64,000 bases of DNA from Cladosporium halotolerans (Eukaryota). Shown here piece after piece: positions 11,201 through 23,223 of this stretch (positions are counted from its first letter, which is position 1; each line of letters begins with the position of its first letter). Both the position numbers and the translations under genes were made by a program. Where the stretch lies: assembly GCF_011745625.1 (NCBI RefSeq), contig NW_027191452.1:868001-932000 (forward strand), given 5' to 3'. Below the pieces are notes generated by a model. The model saw nothing but the letters and a program-made list of their open reading frames with translations. It searched no databases and was not told the DNA's origin.

Positions 11201-14200
11201 CATCTTCCTCTTCTACTTCTTCACCATGTCGACATACCTGACAATGCTGGCGACACTTGCCATCTACCAGTTCCCTGGCTTCATGTTCCAGTCCGGTCGC
11301 ATCACCACTGTCGCCTGCTTGCCCATCCTGGCAATCTCTCCTCTTGCCACGCTTTGGGGCGGCCACGACATCATCGTGTACCCGATCGTGCTCAGCGCTT
11401 TCCTCATCGCTTTGGTCCTTGGATCTCGCGGTGTCTTCTATCGCTGGGGATCTTGGTACCTCGGCGTCATTGTCTACTCTGACACTGACATCGTCAACTG
11501 GTACACCGAGATCACACCTGCAGAGGAAATTCCAAAGGGCGTGACCGACCTTGGCCCAACTCCTCTCCCGAGGACCAAGGTTTTCAGCGAAGTGCAGAAG
11601 GAACTCAAGCGCAAGCCGTGGCAGAAGCCTACATCTGACAAGATGATTAAGGAGCTCGCTGACAGCTACGAGGCTACCTGCTTCCTCATGGACTGGTACT
11701 GCAAATACTCGCGCACGAAGATGCCTTACCCGTACAGCCCTACATGGAACCTTCAGTGCAAGACCGCCATCGACACTCTCAAGGAAATGCAGAAGGGTCT
11801 GAAGCTTCACAACGCCTTCGTCCACTGGCGTGCCGGTGGCCCTGAGGTCTGGTGCGGTGTCCTCTACTTCGTGATTGCCCTCATGGACAAGTGGGTTGCC
11901 CTGCTCTCTGGTGGTTCCCTGGTCGGTCTGTCTGCTGCCGACAGCGACGTTTTCCGTCTTGCGGTTGGTTTCGGTCTGGCTTACTACTTGGTCGCTGCCG
12001 TCTGTCTCGACGCTGTTGCCACACCTCTCTGGGCAAAGGCCAACAAGAAGACCAGCCAGCCTATCTCTTCGCTCGCATACCTCAAGCAGGTCGCCATCAA
12101 CGACGCAAGGGCAAGGCGCAAGCTCTACTGGACCAACTGGGCTAGGTTTTTCTTCTCTCACGTCTGGGGTCTGGCGATTGCCGCATCTCTGATGTGGACG
12201 TTCGAGAACTCGCGCCCGGCCACTATCATGTTTATGTCCTATGTTGGCGCCTACACCGGTCTCCTCTGCTACCAATACAACAGAATCTACACCGGCGCCT
12301 TGGCTATGGGTGATCTCATGATCTCGGCCATCACGGGTATCCTTCTCGGCTGTCTCATGCAGCGCTTCATGCCACAGTTCATGTACAGCAGTGTCGTCGC
12401 CCTCGCTACTGCTACATGGATGTCCGCTATCTTGTCCATCAGGACCGCTCAAGTTGGTTGGCCAAGCTTCAAGAAAGAGAAGGCTGTCACCAAGCCGACT
12501 ACTGGTAGATTCTACTACAGCGCACTCGGCCCTGACACCGGTTTCTCTCAGAGGACTCTTCGTGAGACCTACGAAGCTCTCTCGGCACTCGAGGCCGACT
12601 ACCGCTTCAAGATCGACCCGAGCACACACCCCGGTGTTGAGGTCATGCAGATTCTCAGGGCTCAGAGCTCAGCTCAGTTGCCGGAGGTCGTCCAGACTGC
12701 ATTCCCATCCGCAATCTCGCTCGTCGCCGAGGCAGCTTCGCTTTGGCAGAGCGGCAACATCACGATCGATCTAGTGCCGGCCCGCCACTTCCTGCAGCAA
12801 GAGCAGAAGCTGCGTGCTGTTTCTCGCCTGTCTGATGGCCAGCTTCACATCCTGGTCCTTGTTGGCCTCGATTTGACTGGTGGCGAGTGGGTCGCCGACA
12901 TCCGTCGTAACTGCAAGGTCATTGCCGAGTCTATTGTTCAGGCTGCGGCTGAGGCGCGTTTCGCTTTCTCTCGTGACCACTCCAACCTCGCCGAGCTTCT
13001 CGCGGTCGAGCATTTGACTGACGCTGCCGGAGAGTCGCAGCTTGCTTGCCCTGAGGGCATCAAGCGCCAGCTCGAATGGTCCACTGCCGAGCGCACCCGA
13101 ATCATGAAGACTGGCGAGCAAGAGGTCCTCCGCTACCTCATCCTCGGCATGGACTGCGACACCGAATGGGATCTGCTACCTGAGACCATTCGATCCGCCC
13201 TCCTCAAGCGCTGCCTTGGTGAGCAATGTGATGTCACAAACGCCCAAGGTGACTGGATGCGCGCGAAATTCTGCAAGAACGCTGGTGTGGATCTTGAGAC
13301 GCACTTTGCCCGTTGCAACCTTGGTGCCTCCCTCGCCACTATCATCACAGACTACGCCAAAGCTGTAGACGCCGACTACCACTACCAAGATCGCTCTGAG
13401 CCCACCGATGCTGAGTACCAGAAATTTATCGGTGCCGTGGTGAACGAGTCTGGACCGACTGCCGATTCCAGTCTCTGGGAGAAGCTCGTCTGGCCTATCC
13501 TCACTGTGGTGCACGCAATCCGCGTCACTATCAAGTTCTTCGTCGTGTCGATTGTGGCAGACCCCGAGTTTCAGAGGGAGCTTGACTATGTCATCAACGA
13601 CAAGTCCTTCCTCATCCGCTGGCCCGCGAGACTTGTGTTGAACGCTATCTGGATCTACTGCAAGGCTCTGCAAACCTTCCTTCTCCCTCTCTTCATGTTC
13701 TACAAGCGCGAGAAGGTCCAGACTCTCCGCTCGAACATGAAAGGTATCAGGACTTCTATCAAGCGCAAGAGAGTCACCATCGAAGGTCTGAGGGGCTCCT
13801 CCACCGGTTTTCTCAAGCGTCTGACTGATGGCACTGTTGAGTTCCACCACTACTCCGGCCGTCACGAGAACCAGCCCGAAGGCCTTGGCCAGCTCATTGC
13901 TATCAACACCTACTCTGACAAGATGCTTCTCAAGCGTCGCGAGGAGTATGCCAAGCAGGATGTCTCCAACATCTACGTTTACGAGTACCAAGATGGCGCA
14001 AGCAATGGCACCAGTCTTCCGGTTGCTCGTGAATGTATTCGCGGTGACAGAGCCGGGCACTCCATCCACTACGATGACAGAGGTTACGTTACCAACGGTT
14101 CGTACATGAAGGATGGTAACCAGGTCGACTTCAGCTACCAGTACCGCAAGAACGCCAGGTTCGATGACGAGCTTCTGCGTGCTGAGTACAAGCTTGCCCA

Positions 14201-16769
14201 TATTACGATGTCTGTCTCATGGTGTGTGCAGCCGCCTAAGCGCGCTGAGAAGCTTGACAAGTGGATCCCCAACCCGAAGGTCATCGAGGCCACCTTCACT
14301 CAAGGCGAACTCTCCTACTACAGCAAATGGGACTACGAGCACAGGTCTCACCCGATCATCGACACCATGTTGAATGGAAAGCCCAGCGAGACTCCTGATA
14401 TGATCACTTACGATTGGTTCGGCGTTCTCAGCAAGCCTACCAACTGCAGTTTCATCGCCGACAACCCGCTCTTCTCTTTCAGCTCTCCTAGCACCAACAT
14501 TGTGTCTAGAGCTCTCGGCATGAACACTAAGGTCTATCCCGTTTCTACCGCGCTTGCAAGAACCCACCTGTGGCAGACTTGGAAGGGCGGCAAGGACATT
14601 GACGCTGCGACTGTGAGATACCTCGACGAGATGTCTCTTCGCGCTGATGCTGTGCTGAGGCCCTACTGGGCTGGCCGTGATCTGGGCCAGCTCAAGGCTG
14701 CAACTGAGTACCTTGACTCTCAAGTCGATGCCATCATGGCCAGGACTGACATGGACCCGGAGATCAGCTCTTGGTCTGCCATTGCGTACAAGTACAGTGA
14801 TCTCTGCACTTTCGGCCAGGGTGGCGACTCCAGAATCAACACCAGGACCCAGGCAAGCCAGATGCAGGACAGCGACGATATTCTTCACGTCATCGCCATG
14901 GACACCGGTACTTGGCCCATCGAGGGTGGCGGTGTGTCTGCCTGCCGCAGAGACATGGTCAACGACCTCAAGACTATCAGGTGGCACGTCGTCGCAGAGT
15001 CTGCCAACGACTACAGTGTTCCGAAATTCCAGATCGAGAGGAACGTTCAGTCTCTCTCCATCCTTCCTCTTTGGGGTCTGGACTACTTGACACCTATTCA
15101 CGGCGTTTTCCAGGACTCTCTCGACGCTGCAGTGCAACGTCGCTCCTTTGCTACCAGAGATGAGGACATCAAGAGGAACTTCTTCCCCATCCTCACCAGT
15201 CTCGTCAAGTGCTCGCGTGCTATCAAGTTTACCCACGCTCACATTGAGGAGGCCACTCGTGCTCTTCTTGATCTCAACGCCTACTTCGAGAACCGTCACT
15301 GGACTGATGTCTGGATGAGCCCCATCGTCAAGGAGAAATGGCAGGAGCTGTGGCTCACTGAGGATATGGAGAACACCAGGCCCATCTCCCAGTGGCTTGA
15401 CGCTGAGCGCCCTACGCTTGCACACCTCGACAACGCCCTGGACATGTGGCACCGCTACCTCTTCATCTTTGCGCTGCCCGTCCCGGAGAGACTTCCCGAC
15501 GTCTTCCAGGCCTCTCACCACTTCGCTGGTGCCTCTTTCGGCGTGCTCTGCAAGATGAAGCGCAACTGCACCTTCCACGTTTGGGACCACTGCATCAGCT
15601 GGAGAGAGGTGACCGTCTTCCTCTCCTCCGCGATGTCTTTCGATGCACCCTTCGTCTGCACCTCGCTCATCTCGCTCTCGCGTATGACGTCGACACTGAT
15701 TCTGCACTACGCTGACGTTGTCCTGCCTTGCGCTGACTTCTTCAACCCTGGCTGGGAGGTTGAGATCGGTACGCAGGAGGGTAGCCTCATGCACCGCAAC
15801 ACCTACGCCCGCAAGATCGACCCTGTCGTCAACGGCATCACCAACATGGAGAGGTACAAGCCCATCGAGACCATCAAGTCTAAGCGCCCGACAGTCACCA
15901 TGTTGTCTCACGTCCGCTTCGTCAAGGACATTAAGAACGCCATCCTGGCCGCCGACATCATCGTCAACGACTGGGGTTTCAAGGACTACCAGCTTGACAT
16001 CTACGGTGATATGGAGAAAGCGCCTGCGTACTCCGTCGAGTGCAAGGAGATCCTTGCTTCCAAGGGTCTCCGCGACCACGTCGCCCTCAAGGGTCTGGGT
16101 AACCCGTCTAAGGTCTTGGAGGAGGCATGGATCTTCCTCAACTCCTCCATCTCCGAAGGTCTCCCACTTGCTATGGGTGAAGCTGCTCTTTTCGGTGTCC
16201 CCGTCGTCTGTACCGACGTCGGTGCTTCCTTCCGTGTCGTTACCGACCCTGTCACGTGGAAGAAGTTCTCCGCCGTCGTCGCACCCAACGACTCCTACTC
16301 TCTCGCCAAGGCTCAAGTCAACGTCCTCGGCATGCTCGACGAGTGGGCCGAGTACACCGACGAGCCCGAGTACAAGCCCAAGCTCTCCCTGCGCCCGGGC
16401 AAGGACGAAGTGGCCAAGATCCAGCAGCGTATGTACGACAAGGCCGAGTCGCGCCGCAAGCTGGGCATGATGGGCCGCGCCAACGTCATCAACTCCTTCT
16501 CCTCCGAGCGCTACCTGCGCGAGCACGAGCAGCTGCTCTGGATCGGCAAGCTGCAGAGCCCCAGCTACCTCACGCGCTCCCGCCGCGCCGTCCCCATCTT
16601 CTCCAAGTGGGGCACCAAGAGGGAGAGCGACTCCCCCAGCCTGCTCGCCCGCTCCGGCCGCTCCCTGTCGCGCCCGACCTCGACGCGCGCGCCCTCCGCC
16701 TACTCTTTCAAGATCGAGCCCAAGCCCATGCCTAAGGTCGGCCGCGTCGAAGCGCTGGACATGGTTTGA
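8268..16769 (+). CDS. gtb3: Gtb3-like multi-TM GT4 glycosyltransferase (putative GAG synthase), ~2814 aa; exons 8268-8339, 8397-16769
   Basis: ATG 8268; intron 8340-8396 (GTAAGT..TAG) joins in frame to the 2771-aa ORF and adds an N-terminal TM. Many TM helices at ~10860-12450. C-terminal GT-B domain with RFVKDIKNAILAA, SSISEGLPLAMGEA (Ex7E) and PVVCTDVG. Confidence 0.9.
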
Positions 16770-17350
16770 GGGCTCGGTTTCTGTTGTTTTCCTACGCTGT
16801 TTTTCCTTTTCATCTACGCTTTTGCCATTTCTGTCATACTCGCTGGGGAACAAAATGTGACACGCTCGCTATTTCGAGCACGCAAAAAGGCAGAGAGGAT
16901 CTCGCCGCATAATGTTTTTGCTCGCGCTTTCTTTTTTTTTCTCATTAAATTTGCTGGAGGGATATCGTGGCGCAATGACGCTGCGATGATTGTTGAAAAG
17001 ATTCGTCGTCCTATTTTCCTTATCTGGGTGTTTGTATGTGGTGGCGCATAGAGTGTACAGTATCTTCGTCATGACCAATGCAAGACTGCTTCTTCAGATT
17101 CATACCGTGTCTTCATCACTTTCACCCATTCATCTCTGTAATTCGTGAAGTGCCAGAGTCCTTGGTGCAGTCCAGAATCGGTGTGCGATTGTGCTTGGCG
17201 GATTCTGATTACCGTCGCAAAGTCACTGTCAAGGACGGCCATGTAGGTGATGGGCAGAGAAGCAGAAACGATTCGCGTGGAGTGCATAGTGAGATAGATG
17301 GTCAATAGATTTTTTCGTGGTCTACATGCATTTTGTATATCGTTAAGAGA

Positions 17351-18373
17351 TCAGTTGAAGACGACGGTCTTGGTGCCGTTCAAGAAGACCCGCTTCTCGC
17401 TCCACCACTTGACGGCGGCGGCCAGCACCTGGCTCTCGACGTTGCTGCCCTCGTCGACGAGCTCCTTGGGGCTCATGGCGTGGTCGACGCGCGCGACGCG
17501 CTGCTCGATGATGGGGCCCTCGTCCAGGTCGGCGGTGACGAAGTGCGCGGTGGCGCCGATGATCTTGACGCCGCGCTCGAAGGCCTGGTGGTAGGGCTTG
17601 GCGCCCTTGAAGGAGGGCAGGAAGGAGTGGTGGATGTTGATGATCTTGCCGGACATGACCTCGCACAGCTTCGGCGACAGCACCTGCATGTAGCGCGCCA
17701 GCACGACCAGCTCGATGTCCTTGGCCTTGATCAGCTCGAGGATCCGCGCCTCCTGCTCCGCCTTCGTGTCCTTGGTCACGGGCAAGTGGTGGAACTCGAT
17801 GCCGTAGCTCTCTGCGAGCGCCTTGAACTCCGGGTGGTTGGAGACGATGACGGGGATCTCGATGCCCAGCTGCTGCGTCTTGTAGCGGAACAGCAGGTCG
17901 TTCAGGCAGTGGCCGATCTTCGACACCATGATCAGGACGCGGGGCTTCTGCGACACGGGGTGGATCTCGTAGTCCATCTGGAGGTCCTTGGCTAGGCCGG
18001 CGAAGGGCTCCTTCAGCGATTCCGTGGTCTCGGCGTGGCCGAAGTGCACGCGCATGAAGAAGCGCTCGGAGACGGGGTCGGAGAACTGCTGCAGGTCGAG
18101 GATGTTGAGGTTCTGCTTCGCCAGGAGGCCGGTGACATTGTGCACGATGCCGGACTTGTCCGGGCAGGACAGGGTGAGGATGTGGTCGTTGAGCATCTTG
18201 CTGTCGGGGAAGGCGGGGACCTTCTTCGTGGCGAATCCGGCGCGTTGTCTGCTGAACAGAGGAGTGATCGCCGCAGCGCGTGCTGCTTTCGGAAGGAGCG
18301 AAGTGAAGGGAAGTGAAGGGCGACTGCACCAGAATGCGGCGGAGGTGGCTCTTCCAATGAGAAGCGAGGCCAT
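17351..18373 (-). CDS. purU: Formyltetrahydrofolate deformylase (PurU); conserved part starts at ATG 18196, upstream in-frame ATG 18373 adds a presequence-like extension
   Basis: ACT domain LTLSCPDKSGIV; SKIGHCLNDLL, VSNH, LARYMQVLS, INIHHSFLPSFKGAKPYHQA, GATAHFVTADLDEGPIIEQ. Confidence 0.95.
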   Translation of the reverse strand: MASLLIGRATSAAFWCSRPSLPFTSLLPKAARAAAITPLFSRQRAGFATKKVPAFPDSKMLNDHILTLSCPDKSGIVHNVTGLLAKQNLNILDLQQFSDPVSERFFMRVHFGHAETTESLKEPFAGLAKDLQMDYEIHPVSQKPRVLIMVSKIGHCLNDLLFRYKTQQLGIEIPVIVSNHPEFKALAESYGIEFHHLPVTKDTKAEQEARILELIKAKDIELVVLARYMQVLSPKLCEVMSGKIINIHHSFLPSFKGAKPYHQAFERGVKIIGATAHFVTADLDEGPIIEQRVARVDHAMSPKELVDEGSNVESQVLAAAVKWWSEKRVFLNGTKTVVFN

Positions 18374-18428
18374 CTACCAAAGCGTGTTAGGTGCAGGCAG
18401 GTCTGCAATCCTCCCCCGATTTCCCCAG

Positions 18429-19129
18429 TGACTCTTGGGCGTGGAGAGAAATTTGGTGCGAGGGCCGCGCGAAGTCGGCGTGGCGGCGGGCCGAGGACGG
18501 AGTTGCTCTCCTTCGCTGCATCGCCAGTGCTTCGCCAGTGAGCTCGGGTGTTTGAGAAATATGATGGCCTGCATCGTGTGAAGTGAACTGGTTGCAGAAC
18601 CGTCACACACCGGACGAAAGCCAAATTGGAATGCTCCAAAACTTTTGTGTACCTTTGTGACTCGAAGCTCCGGCCACTCGAGGCCACCACCAACGCTTGT
18701 CACTACATACTTGTCGCGCTCACATCTCCAACATCAGCAGAATGCATTGTAGGCGATGACTCTTTTCGGTGGGGTGAGACGGTGCCTGTTTGAAGAGCTT
18801 GGTCGTTGCGCTGTGCACGTTAACGGCGGGCATGGTGCTCAGCAATGGGCACCGCGACGAGTGAGACTGGCTCTTAGGAGAAGCGTTTCTGGTGCCTGAT
18901 GTCGCAGGAAGGCTCACACTGCCCCCTTTCCGACTAAACAAAGACCGGGATCCTTTCTTTCTCGGGACAAGTGATAGCCGCGGACCACGTGGTCGATACT
19001 GCAGCGGGTCCCATGGGGTCCCGCGTGGGCGAGATTGACAAGCGATCCAGCTTGTCGGGCTTCAAACACCAGGGGACGCAAGGTCACTTCTCACCAACGA
19101 GTGGGGCAAGTGACCAGAAAGACGAGTCA
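18429..19129. promoter_or_regulatory. Four TGACTC/GAGTCA elements upstream of purU (Gcn4/CpcA- or Bas1-type sites)
   Basis: TGACTC at 18429-18434, 18658-18663 and 18757-18762; GAGTCA at 19124-19129. Confidence 0.5.
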
Positions 19130-19452
19130 CGACGGCAGTCTCCGATTTCAACCCTTCAGCTTGTGAGTAACGTGAACGTCGGCAAGTGCAGAGGCTTTTG
19201 AAAGCGGAGAAACGGAGAAATAGTACGCCACGCCGACGGTGCTGTTGCTCAACCAAGCCATCAAAGCTAAGCACGCACGTCATGTCTGGTGATCTCGAAG
19301 GTCCGCAACGGTCTTGCGCGCAGCAAGGACGATGGCATTGTTTGCATAAACATCTCAGCACTCGACACTGTTCGTTCCACCGACGTTTGCTCATCGCCTT
19401 CCATTTCCACTTCGTGTTTGATCCAATGGTACCCGGCACTGTATCTCGACGG

Positions 19453-19481
19453 AAAAAAAAAAAAAAAAAAAAAAAAAAAAA
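19453..19481. repeat. Poly(A)29 tract in the purU/GH3 divergent intergenic region
   Basis: 29 consecutive A read directly. Confidence 0.95.
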
Positions 19482-20063
19482 CGGGTTGTGAAGTGCCCAG
19501 AAGAGAGAAAGCTCCGCTGCTACAATTGCTGGTACAAGCGCACTGGCGCCGAATTGCAGTAGCTCTCACGACCAAACGACGCTGCCGTGGGCGTCTGCCG
19601 CCCTCTCTTCCAGCCCCAGACCCCGCAAACTCCACAATCTTGATGCTCTACAGCGGCCAAGACCAGCGGACGCTCCCTGAACCGATGCTACAGCCCTCCA
19701 TTTCCTTGGTAACAAGGATTGCATGGCTTGACTGTGCAAGCACAGCATACGCGATGGCTTGACCGAGCAAACCTTAGATCTGCTCGGGCCGAGCACTGCA
19801 CCGCAGCGCACCACCCACAACTAGATGACCTGGTGAACAGCAAGATTTCGACTGCAGGATGGGCCGATCGGGGACCAAAACTAAACTTTCGAAGCGGTAT
19901 GGTACTTCATGGTGGCCACGATCCGTCAATGGTCTCTTGGCAATGAATGTTGTCGGCTATTGATGAGATCAAGGTTCTGTATCCTCATGCTCCTGGGCAT
20001 GTCAGCGTCCCATGGATGTGCCGATGACCGTGAGTGGGGTGGAGCATGGGTCGAGGCTCTTGA

Positions 20064-20070
20064 TATATAA
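20064..20070 (+). promoter_or_regulatory. Probable TATA box of the GH3 gene
   Basis: TATATAA ~92 nt upstream of ATG 20162. Confidence 0.5.
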
Positions 20071-20161
20071 TGCTTTGCTCGGCCACGCTACCTGAAAGAC
20101 GTCCAGAGTATCCGTCCTTCTCACTACTGCCTTCAAGTCATTCCGATTTGAACCCTCCGCG

Positions 20162-22894
20162 ATGCTCACTCCATCGTTGGCAGCTGCAGCCAACCTCGGC
20201 CTTGTCTTCCTGACAGGGTCGGCTGCAGCGCAGTCCTCCTCGACTACCACTTCAGCAGTTCCAGTCGTCACGATTGTGAACTCGGAGGAGGACATTGACC
20301 TGGCCGCCAGTCAAGAACGCCTGTGGTCTTACGGTCGTTCGCCGCCAGTGTTCCCCTCCCCGGAAACTTCTGGTGATGACGGATGGGAAAAGGCGTATCA
20401 GCAAGCTCGCGCGCTTGTTGACCAAATGACAAATGATGAGAAGAACAATCTAACATACGGGTATGTTTGGTCGATCCACTAGCACGGCTCATCATTGACG
20501 ATTCCCTAGTCAGCCATCAACCACTGGATGTTCTGGAGTTAGCGGCAGTGTCCCGAGGCTTGGATTCCCTGGACTCTGTCTCGTCGATAACGGCAACGGA
20601 GTCCGCAATGTCGATGGAGTCAACGGATATCCTTCAGGCCTCCATCTTGGTGCATCCTGGAACAGGTCTCTCGTGCACGAGACGAAGTCACACCTTGGAG
20701 CCGAATTCAAGCGCAAAGGCGCGAATGTCGCTCTTGGTCCGGCTGCTGGAGCGATAGGTCGCATAGCCCGTGGCGGCCGAAACTGGGAAGGATTTAGCAA
20801 CGACCCATATCTAGCGGGAGAGCTGATATACGAGTCTGTCGTCGCGATGCAGCAACACGTCATCACGTCCGTCAAGCATTTTGTCGCCAACGAGCAAGAG
20901 GTTAACCGCATGCCGCCACGCACTCTCAGCACAGGTGCATTGAACCAGTCGATCTCCACCAACATCGATGACAAAGCGATGCATGAGCTCTACATGTGGC
21001 CGTGGTACGATGCAGTTCGTGCTGGCGCTGGATCGATCATGTGCTCGTACAACCAGATCAATGGATCGGTGAGTCTTGAGTGTCGTTCCGAGATTGATTT
21101 GGTGCCGTTCTAATTCTTTTCCAGTATGGATGCCAGAACAGCAAAGCCATGAACGGGCTGTTGAAGGGAGAGCTTGGCTTCAAGGTACGTCTGGGCACTG
21201 AGAATACCAAAGCTGTAAGCCGAAGTTGTCTGACATCTTTCAGGGCTTCATAGTCTCAGATTGGGGTGCTCAGCACTCTGGTATCGCAAGCGCAGAAGCT
21301 GGTATGGATCTGGCAATGCCGAATAGTCAGTACTGGCAAAAGGGCAACCTAACCTTGATGGTCGCGAATGGCACGCTCCCGCAATCCCGCCTCGACGATA
21401 TGGCCATGCGTATCCTGACGCCATACTTCCGTTATGCTCACTTCGAACCCGGCACTGGCATGCCTGCCGATTTGCTGGCACCTCACGAGCTTGTCGATGC
21501 TCGCGACCCAGAGAGCGAAAATGTGCTCCTGCAGGGAGCGATCGAGGGTCACGTCTTAGTCAAGAACACCAAAAACGCGCTTCCTCTCAAGAAGCCGAAG
21601 CTCATGTCCATCTTCGGTTACGACGCTGTTGCTCCCTCTCGTAACACACCTACCGGGGGCCGCTTCAACAAATGGGGCTTCGGCTTGGAGAATACCCTGT
21701 GGATCCCTGGTGTTGGGTACTTCAACGATACCTACCTCGGCGGATTGTTCCTTTCCAACGAGCCGTGGGACGCACTCGTTCCTGGTTCCTCTTACAATGG
21801 TGTGTCTTCCTCGTTTCTTGCCTATCGACTACGCAGATGTCAGACATGTGCTAACGCATTAAAATGTAGGCACTGTGATTACCGGAGGCGGCTCGGGCGC
21901 AGTCACTCCTGCGTTCATCGACGCTCCGTTTGATGCCCTCCAAAGACAGGCTCGTGCAGACCGCACTATGCTAGCATGGGACTTTACCAGCCAAAATCCG
22001 ACCGTGAACAAGGCGTCGGATGCTTGCCTAGTCTTCGTCAACGAGATCGCGGCCGAAGGCTGGGATAGGCCTAACCTGGCAGACCCTTGGTCAGACGTGC
22101 TCATTGAGAATGTTGCTAAACAGTGCAACAACACCCAAGTCATCGTCCACAACGCTGGCATCAGAGTCGTCGACCGCTGGATCGACAACCCCAACATCAC
22201 GGCCGTCATCTTCGCTCATCTGCCCGGTCAAGAGACTGGCCAAGCTCTCGTCGACATCATGTACGGCAAGCAGTCACCCTCTGGCCGCCTTCCCTATACC
22301 GTTGCGAAGAAAGAGTCCGACTACGGCAGTCTGCTCGCTCCCACGGTGCCCGACAACACAAGTGCCTATTACTTGCAAGACGACTTTACCGAGGGCGTCT
22401 ATATCGACTACAAGGACTTCATCGCTCGCAACATCACGCCGCGCTACGAGTTCGGTTTCGGCCTCACCTACTCCGAATTCTCCTACGCCGAGCTGACCAC
22501 AGCTCTGAACTCCAACACCACTGCAGGCTCATTTGGCTCTACGTACAGCGGCAACGGCACCTCCGTACAGCCCGAAGGCGGCGACCCGGCGCTGTGGGAG
22601 AAAGTCGCGAGCGTTGGCTGCACCATCAAGAACACCGGCTCTGTGGCCGCCGCCGAAGTCGCACAGCTGTACGTGCACATCCCCGGCGGCCCTGAACGCG
22701 TCCTGCGTGGCTTCGAGAAGACTCTGCTGCAGCCGGGTGAGGAGTGTAAGGTGTCGTTTGAGCTTACCCGGAGGGACTTGAGCACGTGGGACGTTGCCGA
22801 GCAGGCGTGGGTTCTCCAGCGCGGAAAGTATCAGGTCATGGTGGGCAAGAGTGTGCTTGACATTCAGCTTCGCGGCAGCCTCACAGTGTCGTAA
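20162..22894 (+). CDS. Secreted GH3 beta-glucosidase with C-terminal Fn3-like domain; exons 20162-20460, 20510-21068, 21125-21184, 21244-21799, 21870-22894 (~832 aa)
   Basis: Signal peptide; PRLGFPGLCL, GGRNWEGFSNDPYL, KHFVANEQE, MCSYNQING, GFIVSDW (nucleophile), PSGRLPYT, PRYEFGFGLTY, LRGFEK. Four GT-AG introns restore the frame. Confidence 0.93.
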
Positions 22895-23223
22895 CAAGTG
22901 ATGTAAGATGTGATGCGGCGTGCAAGTCACATTGACTTCGGCCAAATTGTCACGTTACAAGCAAGTCCTTTGAATATCAAGCCAATTTATTGATGCTTAG
23001 ACTTTCGTAGTGGAGTATCTTTCTATTTGATGAGCGCTACGCTACGTACACGCATTTCCATACATTTGCCCAGCGTGCAAAGCAAAAGGACATTTCAATC
23101 ACAAAGAAAATTGGAGAATCAAATATTTACATACCCTCGCCGATCTCGCCGGAACGCCTCGCGATGCCAATGCTTCCCAACAAGTGAACACGCCGTCTAG
23201 CTCTTACATGATCCGACACCAGC

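Noticed and set aside
14217..16853. 878-aa antisense ORF (and similar ones at 768-1946, 10815-12629, 58891-59976, 62397-63959)
   Set aside because: Mirror frames of strongly codon-biased real genes; no recognisable motifs.
17351..22894. purU and the GH3 beta-glucosidase as members of the polysaccharide cluster (e.g. formylation or trimming)
   Set aside because: PurU has canonical deformylase features and amino-acid/purine-type promoter sites, and the GH3 is an ordinary secreted beta-glucosidase. Only adjacency links them; conserved synteny would be needed.
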